In this document: in pieces, positions 1-9,365 of the stretch
Layout: each line of letters begins with the position of its first letter
Numbering within the stretch: the stretch's first letter is position 1
DNA from: Lachnospiraceae bacterium
Lineage (GTDB): Bacteria; Bacillota; Clostridia; Lachnospirales; Lachnospiraceae
Length of the DNA stretch: 64,000 nucleotides
Assembly (NCBI GenBank): GCA_045113775.1
Contig: JBGUJH010000018.1
Coordinates: forward strand, 6,034 to 70,033
Direction: 5' to 3'
Program-made: the position numbers and the translations under genes
The notes under the pieces: model-generated
The model's input: the letters and a program-made list of their open reading frames with translations, nothing else
Told to the model about the DNA's origin: nothing
The model's database searches: none

Positions 1-417
1 AGACCGGACGCAGATGATTACAGGAAGATGGATGAATTTGCGGGGGAAGCAGTCAAAATGCTTGGCAGTACCAACTCAAGCATCCAAACACCAGTGATCC
101 GCGGAGGCGAACCGGTCGCCCCCTATTACATCCCCAAGGGCGACGACGGACAGCCTGCAAAGTTCCTGAAAGCAAAGCCCAAGACAGACTTAAGCAAGTG
201 CACGAACTGTGGAATTTGCGCCAAGGTATGTCCGATGGGTTCCGTTTCAAAAGAAAACTTTGCTGATGTACCCGGCATCTGCATCAAGTGCCAGGCCTGC
301 ATACTGAAATGTCCGGAAAAGGCAAAATATTTCGATGATGAAGCTTTTTTGTCCCATGTCCGAATGCTGGAAAAGAATTTCACTGAGAGAAGAGAGCCGG
401 AGTGGTTTTTCTCATAG
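1..417 (+). CDS. 4Fe-4S dicluster ferredoxin-domain protein (EFR1-like), 5'-truncated by window edge
   Basis: CTNCGICAKVCP and CIKCQACILKCP motifs; frame is open back to position 1. Confidence 0.8.
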   Translation, partial: RPDADDYRKMDEFAGEAVKMLGSTNSSIQTPVIRGGEPVAPYYIPKGDDGQPAKFLKAKPKTDLSKCTNCGICAKVCPMGSVSKENFADVPGICIKCQACILKCPEKAKYFDDEAFLSHVRMLEKNFTERREPEWFFS

Positions 418-460
418 GGGAATCTTTTCTGAGAAAAATGATGCACACACGAACGAAATG

Positions 461-515
461 AAAGAGTCTCCCGAAGTCCTGCAGACGTGTAGGACAACGG
501 GAGACTCTTTTTTTT
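461..515. terminator. Intrinsic terminator between convergent genes
   Basis: aaagagtctcccg...cgggagactcttt stem followed by a T run. Confidence 0.75.
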
Positions 516-557
516 AACTTAATGACAAATTCATGCGTGAAATCCTGAAGTTTTTAT

Positions 558-3032
558 TCACTTATCTGTGCAGTCCGGCATCTGGTAGTTACCCATTACG
601 CCCCGTGTGATTTTAAGCGTCTCCAACAGCCAATGAGCATTCCACTTCAGCTGCGCCCGGGAGACGATCCCATCTTTAATTCCCTGAACAAGTTCTTCAT
701 AGTCTTTCTTGCTGCCCGGCATGAACAGCGTATGTCCGGAAGCCGCGACGCGAGGCGCGGAAGGAGCGCTGTATTTGCCGCTGCCGCCCAGAATGTCGCC
801 TCCGACGATCCAGTCCGTCATCAGAAGTCCTTTGAAGCCGAATTCGCTGCGCAGGATGTCCTGGCAGAGTTCCTCGCTCTCAGAGGTGTGGACGCCGTTT
901 ATGAGATTGTAGGAGGACATGACGGCAAGCGGGCGGCTCTCTTTTATGCAGATCTCAAAGCCGCGCAGGTAGAGCTCTCTGAGGGCACGCTCTGAAACAT
1001 TTGAGCTGTTGCCGTAGCGGTTGGTTTCCTGGTTGTTGGCGGCATAGTGTTTGATGGTGACACCTTTTCCTTTGTGGGACTGCACACCCCGGGTCAGTGC
1101 TGCCGCGAATTTGCCGGAGACGAGGGGATCCTCCGAGAAGTACTCGAAATTGCGGCCGCAGAGAACGCTTCTGTGAATATTGAGAGCCGGCGCCAGCCAG
1201 AGGTCAACGTAAAAGATCTCCATTTCATTGCCGACTATGTCGCCGCAGAGGTAAGCGAACTTCGGATCCCAGCTCTGGGCGATGGCTGTCCCGATGGGGA
1301 GAGCGGTGGTGTACTGCTCGTATACTTTGGCGCCTCTGGGCGGCCGGGAAGTTATGTTTATCAGTAAAGAGACAGGCCCCGGAAGTAGTTCCAGCATAGT
1401 CTCGGGCATGGTGGAGCCAATGGCGTGGATCCCCTTCTTGTCCTTATAGAAGTGCCGCGCGAGACGCAGGCCTGCAGGACCGTCCGCGACAACTATGCAG
1501 CCGATTCCCTTACTTTCAAGAGCGGAAGTGCTCTCACCGGCAGCGCCGGCGACGCGGCCGGAGGCGTCTCCGATGACGCTCAGAATGCCGCCCTTGGGAT
1601 TGAAACCTCCCATGTTCAGATAGGCGAGCTCTTCATCGCTCATATTGTCCAGAACGGGATCCACGAAGGAGGAACGCTCATAGTCGATGACTTCGGTCTC
1701 GCAAGCGCTGAGGTCTATTTTAATCAAAGGAAGTTCGTTGAAAGCAGCAGAATTTTCGGCGTCATCGGGCGCGCCATCCGAGCCAACCTTTTCCTCCACA
1801 TCTCCTGCCAGGCAATTCTTCACCCGGCGCACAACAAATTCCTCGTCCAGATCAAGAGCGGCGACCACAGCGGTGTCTGCGCTGCTTGTTCCCAAATGGA
1901 CAAGATAGCGTCCGGCTTCGAGCACATAAGCCGCACGCGACGCATCAAAACTGCTCATATCGCGCAGGTCCCAGGAGATATTGACTGTTCCGCTTTCGCC
2001 CGGCGCAAGGGGGGCTGTCTTGGCGAAACCGGCGAGAGACTTGACGGCCTTCTCTATTTTGCCGGCGGGAGAGGAGAGGTAGGCCTGCAGGACTTCTCTG
2101 CCCCGGAAGCCGCCGACGTTCTTCACGCGCGCAGTGAGGCGCACGACGGGACCGGAAGCTGTGAGCTCTGTGAACGAATGAGTGAATTCCGTATAGGAGA
2201 GACCGTAGCCGAAGGGGAAGGCGGGCTTTGTGCCGGTTTTGTCAAAAAAGCGATATCCGACGAAGATCCCCTCTGAGTAGAGCGTGTCATCCTGCTCGCC
2301 AAAACTCGCGATCCCGTAGTCTTTATAGGGCGCCCAGGTCGTGGTGAGCTTGCCGGAAGGGTAGAGCTTTCCGAGCAGAAGTCCGGCCAGTGCGCGGCCG
2401 GTCTCAACGCCGAGCTGGGAGAGGACCAGAATATTGCGGACTTCCATGACCTCGGAAAGATCCACCGGGCCGCCGGCGTTAACGACGAGCATGAAGCGCT
2501 CATACTTGCTGTTGAGCGCCAGGATATCCCGCACTTCGGTGTCTGTGAGGCGGTAGTCGCCCTTGACGTCAAGGCGGTCATTTCCTTCACCGGAATTGCG
2601 GCCGACCACATAGATGGCGGCGTCCGCGCCGAAAGTCAGCGGGAGTTCGTATTCTGGCTCCAGAATGACGGCGCCCATGCTTACTGCGATGACGTTTTTC
2701 TTTTCTTTTTTGGCTTTGGCCTTGATGGCTTTGTAAATAGCAGCTTTGTTATTCTCACGGATACGGTCGTATTCATCGAGCCAGCCGCCGTTAACAATGG
2801 TGAAACCGGCCTTCAAAAGTCCTTTTTCTACAGTGACGAAGTAGCGGGAGTTGACCTCTCCGGAGCCGGTGCCTCCTTTGACAGTGTGGCGGACGCCGCT
2901 TCCGTAGGCCGCGATCGTCCCGGGTTCTTCCAGAGGGAAAGAGCCGTCTTTTTTCAGCAGGACAGTGCACTCGCCCAAGTGGCTGCGCAGCCGCTTGATA
3001 TTCTTTATTTCGTGAGGTTTTGCTTTGCTCAT
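558..3032 (-). CDS. GH3 beta-glucosidase with permuted domain order
   Basis: Begins with ECTVLLKK/GGTGSG (normally C-terminal domain), then GIFVGYR/FPFGYGLSYT and Fn3-like domain; the barrel motifs DGPAG, GRNFEYFSEDP, KHYAANNQE, LMTDW are C-terminal. Confidence 0.9.
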   Translation of the reverse strand: MSKAKPHEIKNIKRLRSHLGECTVLLKKDGSFPLEEPGTIAAYGSGVRHTVKGGTGSGEVNSRYFVTVEKGLLKAGFTIVNGGWLDEYDRIRENNKAAIYKAIKAKAKKEKKNVIAVSMGAVILEPEYELPLTFGADAAIYVVGRNSGEGNDRLDVKGDYRLTDTEVRDILALNSKYERFMLVVNAGGPVDLSEVMEVRNILVLSQLGVETGRALAGLLLGKLYPSGKLTTTWAPYKDYGIASFGEQDDTLYSEGIFVGYRFFDKTGTKPAFPFGYGLSYTEFTHSFTELTASGPVVRLTARVKNVGGFRGREVLQAYLSSPAGKIEKAVKSLAGFAKTAPLAPGESGTVNISWDLRDMSSFDASRAAYVLEAGRYLVHLGTSSADTAVVAALDLDEEFVVRRVKNCLAGDVEEKVGSDGAPDDAENSAAFNELPLIKIDLSACETEVIDYERSSFVDPVLDNMSDEELAYLNMGGFNPKGGILSVIGDASGRVAGAAGESTSALESKGIGCIVVADGPAGLRLARHFYKDKKGIHAIGSTMPETMLELLPGPVSLLINITSRPPRGAKVYEQYTTALPIGTAIAQSWDPKFAYLCGDIVGNEMEIFYVDLWLAPALNIHRSVLCGRNFEYFSEDPLVSGKFAAALTRGVQSHKGKGVTIKHYAANNQETNRYGNSSNVSERALRELYLRGFEICIKESRPLAVMSSYNLINGVHTSESEELCQDILRSEFGFKGLLMTDWIVGGDILGGSGKYSAPSAPRVAASGHTLFMPGSKKDYEELVQGIKDGIVSRAQLKWNAHWLLETLKITRGVMGNYQMPDCTDK

Positions 3033-3104
3033 CGTATTCTCCTTATCAAGAATCGGAACTGAGTATATCTGATTTCAGTATAACACAGGTGAGATGTCTC
3101 TTGC

Positions 3105-3131
3105 CTCAATAGGCGGATGCTATCTGTTGCA
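3105..3131. promoter_or_regulatory. Putative operator dyad, variant
   Basis: CTCAAT-N15-GTTGCA in the divergent promoter region. Confidence 0.45.
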
Positions 3132-3278
3132 TCAGATATGAAACGGCCTCCGCCAATCTGCACAGAACACACCGCAAACTGAAACCTGTGTAAAGAAGGG
3201 GGACACTTTAATTGTTAGACTCTTCTTGTAGATGATGATAACGAATGAATACGTTCAACTGACACAAGGGAGGGTAAA

Positions 3279-3737
3279 ATGAATAAACAGTTTAAAGAAA
3301 TTCTTGTAATGAACCTTATGTATAATCTGCTGCTTGTGGTCGTTCTGTCCATCGTGGCACAGATCATGAGTTTTGGAACAGTGATGTGGCCGGCAGTCCT
3401 GTTGGATATGTTGATCGCGTATGTTCTGGAGATGGTGATCGCTCTCGGGCTTCCTTTCTCAAAGTGGGGCATGTCCTTAGCCAACAAATATGCGGAGCCC
3501 GGAACCCTTAAGTACAGGCTCCTGATGACGACCGGCACAGCGATTCCTTTCGCGATCGCGATGTGCCTGGGAATGAGCTTTATAGGAACGGTCCTGATTG
3601 GACATCAGCCGCTCAGTGCATGGCTTATGGCACTGGTGGGAATGCTTCCGATATTTATCATTCTCGGCTGGGTATTATCCTTTATATTCGTTCCTGTTTT
3701 TATGGGCCTGGCACACAAGATCGTATATGGCGAGTGA
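3279..3737 (+). CDS. Small 4-TM membrane protein (DUF2798-like)
   Basis: RBS ggagggt; four hydrophobic segments; family call tentative. Confidence 0.65.
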   Translation: MNKQFKEILVMNLMYNLLLVVVLSIVAQIMSFGTVMWPAVLLDMLIAYVLEMVIALGLPFSKWGMSLANKYAEPGTLKYRLLMTTGTAIPFAIAMCLGMSFIGTVLIGHQPLSAWLMALVGMLPIFIILGWVLSFIFVPVFMGLAHKIVYGE

Positions 3738-3964
3738 GGTGTCAAAAGAACCGTCCCCCTGACACTACAGATGCAAGAGAAGATATCTTTTCTTGCATCT
3801 TTTTTATTGCCGCAAATCAAACCCTGCAACAAAAACACCGCCCGTGCAAAACGCGGAAAGAGCGAAAACCTCCTTTTTTCTAGAATAAAGACAGATGAAA
3901 GACGTGCACAGTCCTTTTACGAAACAGGAAATAAACACTTAAGACCTGAAAAAAGGAGGGTAAC

Positions 3965-5332
3965 ATGGAAAACTCAAACACGATCAAAAGAGCGTCGACT
4001 CTCGGCGTGATCTGCTACGGCCTCGGCGACCTGGCGTCGCAGTTCATCTGGACATTCGTCGGTTCCTATCTCACCATTTTTTATACTGATATCGTCGGTT
4101 TTGCGCCGATCATTGTATCTGGGATAATGCTGCTGGCCCGTGTATGGGACGCGATCAATGACCCCATGATGGGATCGATCGCAGAGAATACACGTTCAAA
4201 ATTCGGACGCTTCCGTCCCTACATCGCATTCGGAAGCCCCTTCCTCGCAGTATTCTCAGTGCTTACCTTTGTCAATATGGGCAATGGTACAGGCGGTGTG
4301 ATCTTCTCCACAGTCATCTATATCATAGCAGGCATGCTCTACACACTGGTCAACATTCCTTATTCCTCGCTGGCAGCAGTTATGACGGAGGATCCAAAAC
4401 AGAGAAACCTGATCGGTACGTCCCGAAGCGTAGGTATGAACATCGGTATGATCATCGTCAACTCCTGCTCCGCAGGCCTGGCGCTCCACTTCTCAGGAAG
4501 CGGCGCGGAAGTGGCGACCGGACACGGTTACATGATGACGGCGATCGTATATTCCCTGATCGCCGTACCGCTCTTCTGGATCGTGTTCCTCACTTCCAAG
4601 GAAGTGATCGTTCCCGATTACGAGGCCAGAAAGCTCAACCCGGCAGAGACACTCAGCGGAATGGTCAAGAATAAGTATTTGATGACTATCTTCCTGGTAT
4701 CCACCGTTCAGATGATCGCTTTCATGGGACGTATTTCCATCACAGCGTTTTACGTCATCTACTGCCTCGGTGCCTTCACACTGATCGCCCTGATTATGAC
4801 GATCCCTTCCATAGGCGGTGTCATCGGTTCTCTCGTAGTTGCACCGCTGGCCAACAAGATCGGCAAGAAGCAAGTTATCGCGCTGACACTGATCGGCCAG
4901 TCAATCGGTTTGTTCATTGTATATTTTGCACCGTTCACCAACATGACGCAGATCATGATCGGACACTGGGTATACGGCATTTTTAACTGCGGATTCCCGA
5001 TCTGTCTGGCAATGGTCGCCGACTGCGTAGACTACTGGCAGGAGAAGACCGGTATCCGCCAGGATGGCAGCTACTACGCTACCTACGGCCTCTCCACAAA
5101 ACTCGGAAATGCGATCGGATCTGCTTTCGGAGTCCTGATCATGGCAGCTTTTGGTTATGTAGCCGGAAGCCAGGAGCAGACAGAGCAGGCGCTCAGAGGG
5201 ATTAATACGACAGTTAACCTGATCCCGGCGATCCTTCTGGCCTGCGCGGCAGTTCTTCTCTGGATCCTCTGGGACAAGAGCGACAAGGATTTTGACGATA
5301 TTCGCGAACGACTTCGCAATAAGGAACACTAA
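3965..5332 (+). CDS. GPH-family (MelB-like) glycoside:cation symporter 1
   Basis: YGLGDLASQ, WDAINDPMMG, GRFRPY, NIPYSSL motifs; about 12 TM segments; RBS aggagg. Confidence 0.9.
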   Translation: MENSNTIKRASTLGVICYGLGDLASQFIWTFVGSYLTIFYTDIVGFAPIIVSGIMLLARVWDAINDPMMGSIAENTRSKFGRFRPYIAFGSPFLAVFSVLTFVNMGNGTGGVIFSTVIYIIAGMLYTLVNIPYSSLAAVMTEDPKQRNLIGTSRSVGMNIGMIIVNSCSAGLALHFSGSGAEVATGHGYMMTAIVYSLIAVPLFWIVFLTSKEVIVPDYEARKLNPAETLSGMVKNKYLMTIFLVSTVQMIAFMGRISITAFYVIYCLGAFTLIALIMTIPSIGGVIGSLVVAPLANKIGKKQVIALTLIGQSIGLFIVYFAPFTNMTQIMIGHWVYGIFNCGFPICLAMVADCVDYWQEKTGIRQDGSYYATYGLSTKLGNAIGSAFGVLIMAAFGYVAGSQEQTEQALRGINTTVNLIPAILLACAAVLLWILWDKSDKDFDDIRERLRNKEH

Positions 5333-5358
5333 TATAACAAGAATAAGGAGGCAGTATC

Positions 5359-6372
5359 ATGGGAATTAAAGCAAGCGTAAGTCTTTACAGCTTACAGTAT
5401 CAGTATTTACAGGGAAAGATGAATCTGGAAGAGATCATCGCATTTGTGAAGAGCCTCGGCTCTGACGGCATCGAGCTTCTGCCCGACCAGATGCTCCACG
5501 GGACGCCGGAACCTACAGAAGAGACTTATCAGATGTGGAACGCGCTGGTAAAGAAATACGGCATCGGCCTTGCCTGCGACGACGTATTCCTCAACACCAA
5601 CATGTTCAAGAACAGGGAACTCACAAAGCGCGAGTGCATCTCCTTGATCAAAAAAGAGATCGTCATGGCGCACCGCCTCGGCTTCAAGACCATCCGTCTC
5701 GTATCCATGGTCCCCGCCTGGATCATCGAGCCCTGCCTTGAGACCGCGATCGAGAACGATGTATCCCTCAACATCGAGATCCACGCCGGCCTGGGCTTCG
5801 GCGTCAAAAAGACAGATGAGTATATCGAGGAGATGCTGCGCCTGGATTCCCCTTACGTCGGCATCGTACCTGACACCAGCCTTTACATGAAGAGAGCGCC
5901 CCGCGTCATGACCAATTACATTGCGGCTGTTATGGGTAATCTCAACCCCGATATCATCAAGTATACTGACGAAGTCTTTGCATCCGGGACAGATTTCTTC
6001 CAGCTCAACCTCAAGTCAAAAGACGGCATGGATCCCAAGCTCAGATCCCTGATCAAGAGCCCGGCAGACGGCTTCTATGCGGCAAACATCAGCGGATACG
6101 AGAATCGCAGGCTCGAAGAACTGGATTCTCTGGCAAAATATATCAAGCATGTACACTTCAAGCTCTACGAGATGACAGACGAGGGCGACGAGTACAGCAT
6201 CGATTACAAGGAGATCCTGCAGTATCTGCACGACCACGGCTACAACGGTTATGTTTCCACAGAGTACGAAGGAAACCGCTGGGTGCTTCCGGATCATGAG
6301 ATTCCTGAGGTGCAGCAGGTCACGGCGCACCAGAAGATGATCCAGAGATATATCAAAGAAATTGAGGGCTAA
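5359..6372 (+). CDS. C-glycoside deglycosidase alpha subunit-like (xylose-isomerase-like TIM barrel), divergent copy
   Basis: SLYS N-terminus, EIH, PD, HVHFK and TEYEG metal/catalytic motifs; directly followed by a beta-subunit-like gene. Confidence 0.75.
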   Translation: MGIKASVSLYSLQYQYLQGKMNLEEIIAFVKSLGSDGIELLPDQMLHGTPEPTEETYQMWNALVKKYGIGLACDDVFLNTNMFKNRELTKRECISLIKKEIVMAHRLGFKTIRLVSMVPAWIIEPCLETAIENDVSLNIEIHAGLGFGVKKTDEYIEEMLRLDSPYVGIVPDTSLYMKRAPRVMTNYIAAVMGNLNPDIIKYTDEVFASGTDFFQLNLKSKDGMDPKLRSLIKSPADGFYAANISGYENRRLEELDSLAKYIKHVHFKLYEMTDEGDEYSIDYKEILQYLHDHGYNGYVSTEYEGNRWVLPDHEIPEVQQVTAHQKMIQRYIKEIEG

Positions 6373-6394
6373 GCGCTTCGACAAGGAGGTAAAT

Positions 6395-6787
6395 ATGTTT
6401 GACGGAAATGTTTTTATCAAGGATACATGCAAAAATGTAGTTGAAAACGGAAAAGTGATCGGATACGAGATGCAGACGCATATCACCTATTACAGAGGAA
6501 TCCCGCTCTCCATGATCAACTACCTCAAGGTGGCAGTTGACGGAGTGGAAGTTCCGGAGGAGGATATCCGCTTCACACCCGACGGGATCGACTGGTTCAC
6601 ACTTAAGGAAATGGAAACAGTCAGCGCGATCAAGTGGGAGTACGGTACGCCCGGAACAGTCCGCGTGCTCAAAGAGGGCGGTCTCTCCAAGGGCCATCAT
6701 CAGGTGAAGCTAACAGTATGCACCAGAACAGCATACATTCCCGTTCCGCTCGAGGGGAATATGACCAGAGACGTGGAGATCGCCTGA
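6395..6787 (+). CDS. C-glycoside deglycosidase beta subunit-like (DUF6379)
   Basis: G-Y-x-M-x-T-x-I-T-YYRG-I-P-LS, VDG, W, GGLSKGHH motifs as in DgpB/DfgB; start taken at ATG after aggaggt. Confidence 0.8.
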   Translation: MFDGNVFIKDTCKNVVENGKVIGYEMQTHITYYRGIPLSMINYLKVAVDGVEVPEEDIRFTPDGIDWFTLKEMETVSAIKWEYGTPGTVRVLKEGGLSKGHHQVKLTVCTRTAYIPVPLEGNMTRDVEIA

Positions 6788-6926
6788 CCGGCAGAACACA
6801 TTGACGTTTTGACGATTTCACATAATATGAGATAATACTGTAAACATATTCCATACTGGGGAGGCCTGCGGCCTCTCCGGTTTTTGCATCTTTTGACAAC
6901 AGACTCGAAAGTTCAGGGGGTATTGA

Positions 6927-9332
6927 ATGGACAGGGGAACAGGAGTCAGCTATCATGTTGAGCGCGTTCGCGCCCGGAAAAACTATCTACAGGCAGAGCT
7001 CGTCCTTCTGAACGTACTCAGGGGAAAAATAGAAGTTCAGATGGAGGATCAGAAGGTGTCGCTTCCGAGAGGCGGGATCCTTTTGATCAACCCGGGGACC
7101 CAATATGAGGTCAGCGCGGCAGAAGACACTTTGATGGGCAAATGCACCTGGACGGTCGCTGTTTTGACACAGCTTTTAAAGGGAAGCCACGCCTACTTTT
7201 ACTGCAATACAGCTTCCGGGTATTCCCGCTGGCACGGGGAACTCAGAAAGACTCTGGAAACTCTGACGGCAGTCTACGCCGCGGCAGATCATCAGACGGA
7301 CAGCCTGATGGTGGGATATCTCTACAAGATCCTGGACTGTCTGATCGAGCATTTTCAGGTCCGGGGCGCCGATGCCGGAGACATAGAGACGGAAAGCGAT
7401 GATTACATCCCGCAGATCATGCAGTATATCCTGCAGAACCTGCACGGCGAGATCAGCCTGACGGCCCTGGCGGAGCAGATGTTCGTATCAGCTTCCACAC
7501 TCTCGCGCGCGTTCAAGAAGCGGACGGGGCTGTATTTTGCCGACTTTGTGCTGCAGCTGCGCGTTAAGGAAGCTATGGCGCTGTTATCGGAAACCGAAGA
7601 AAATGTCACACAGATCGCGCTCCGCGTTGGCTTTTCCGGCTCATCTGCTTTCAGCCGCGCATTCAAAAAAATGACGGGAGAGACTCCTGTCGAGTACAGA
7701 GAGAGGATTCGGAGCGAGGAAGACGCCGGTACTCAGGACGCTGCAATTGAGGAGAAGAAGATCCGGGAAGAGCTCTTTGCGAGCGGCCGTATTTCGGATG
7801 ACGGAAAAGTGCACAGGCTGGTGACCGCGGACCTGGGCAATTCTTCGCCGGTGCCGCTGCGCAAGATCTGGAACAAGGTCATCAATATAGGTGAAGTGCA
7901 CGACCTGACTAAAGCGAATATACAGAAGCACTGCCTGTATCTGCGGGACCATCTGCATTTTCAGTATGTGCGCATCTGGAATGTCTTCTCAAAAAGGTTG
8001 ACACTGACGGACGGAAAGACGGCAGGGCGTTACAATTTCAGTGTGCTCGATCAGGTACTGGAATTCCTGTTGGAGAACAGGATGAAACCGTTCCTGGATT
8101 TCGGCCGAAGGCCTTCCATGGCCATGGATGCGGACGGCAAGATCGTTTATTATGAGGACATCTACACGAATTTTGAGAGCAGAGAACTGTGGGAAGAAGC
8201 TTTTCGGGAGGTTCTGCGCCATGTCCGCCGCAAGTTCGGCAAAGCGGAGGTTTCCACCTGGATCTTCGAGCTTTCCAGAGACAGCTACCACGGAGCGGGA
8301 GGAGAGAGGTGTTATGAGGATGAAAACTTCGACTTTTGGGATGCCTGGAATTTCGCTTACAATTGCGTGAAAACAGAGATTCCCGGAGCGCAGATCGGCG
8401 GCATCTCAGCGCAGATCGGCGGGGATTATCATTTCCTGAACGAATTTTATAAAAAATGTGTGCAGAACAGATGCATTCCGGACTTTTGCTCTTATCTGCT
8501 CTTTACCTACACGGACCAGTATTACTGGGAAAACGGCACGATTAGCGAATCTGTGGAGAAGGACAGATCTACGCAGCTGCAGCTGGATAAGATCAGACGA
8601 CTCATGGATTTTACGGGCGTAGGTTCTTCCAAAGTGTATTTCACTGAGTCAAACAATACGATCGCCAACCGGGATTACCTCAATGACAGCTGCTTCCGCG
8701 CGGCTTTCTTCGCAAACGAAACGATGCTGATCCATGACCAGGCAGATCTTCTGTGTGTCATGGCCGGCACCGACTGGGTCAGCAGTTATCTGGATTCGGG
8801 CGCGGTGGTGCACGGGGGGATCGGCCTGCTTACCAAGGATACTATCCGCAAACCGGCATATTTTGCCTTCGAATTCCTGAACCGGCTGGGCAGCACGGTG
8901 ATCGCTTCCGGGGATGGATATATCCTTACCCGGTCGGAGAGCGGAAACTATTACCTGCTCTGCAGCCATTTCGTTCCGTTTGGAGCGGGACAGTATCCCG
9001 TCAAGGCCGATGACAAGCCGGATCTGTCCGTCCTGCGTTTCGAGGGACATCCTTCTGAAGTACTCCGCTTCAGGCTGACAGGAATTACGGATCAAGGCTA
9101 TTACATTGTGAAGAGACGGATCCTGTCATCCTCATCCGGCAGTATCCTGGATGAGTGGGAGAATTTCCAGTTCTCCGAGGACCTGACAGCGGATGATGTG
9201 CGCTATCTCAGAGAGAGGTGTATCCCGCAGATCCGCATGCAGAAGCAGTACGTCGGAATCGATGAGGAGCTTTCCTTCGACGTGGAGATGCGCCCGGAGG
9301 ACGTTGTGCTGCTGCACATTTACAGGGAGTGA
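6927..9332 (+). CDS. AraC-family regulator fused to GH39-like domain, copy 1
   Basis: Cupin-like N-terminus, AraC HTH (LSRAFKK...VGFSGSSAFSRAFKK..G.TP..YR), GH39-like C-terminus (YVRIWNVF, YNFSVLDQ, GGIGLLT...RKPAYFAF). Confidence 0.85.
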   Translation: MDRGTGVSYHVERVRARKNYLQAELVLLNVLRGKIEVQMEDQKVSLPRGGILLINPGTQYEVSAAEDTLMGKCTWTVAVLTQLLKGSHAYFYCNTASGYSRWHGELRKTLETLTAVYAAADHQTDSLMVGYLYKILDCLIEHFQVRGADAGDIETESDDYIPQIMQYILQNLHGEISLTALAEQMFVSASTLSRAFKKRTGLYFADFVLQLRVKEAMALLSETEENVTQIALRVGFSGSSAFSRAFKKMTGETPVEYRERIRSEEDAGTQDAAIEEKKIREELFASGRISDDGKVHRLVTADLGNSSPVPLRKIWNKVINIGEVHDLTKANIQKHCLYLRDHLHFQYVRIWNVFSKRLTLTDGKTAGRYNFSVLDQVLEFLLENRMKPFLDFGRRPSMAMDADGKIVYYEDIYTNFESRELWEEAFREVLRHVRRKFGKAEVSTWIFELSRDSYHGAGGERCYEDENFDFWDAWNFAYNCVKTEIPGAQIGGISAQIGGDYHFLNEFYKKCVQNRCIPDFCSYLLFTYTDQYYWENGTISESVEKDRSTQLQLDKIRRLMDFTGVGSSKVYFTESNNTIANRDYLNDSCFRAAFFANETMLIHDQADLLCVMAGTDWVSSYLDSGAVVHGGIGLLTKDTIRKPAYFAFEFLNRLGSTVIASGDGYILTRSESGNYYLLCSHFVPFGAGQYPVKADDKPDLSVLRFEGHPSEVLRFRLTGITDQGYYIVKRRILSSSSGSILDEWENFQFSEDLTADDVRYLRERCIPQIRMQKQYVGIDEELSFDVEMRPEDVVLLHIYRE

Positions 9333-9365
9333 ATCTGCGAGTCATAACTACATCGGGGGGAAAAC

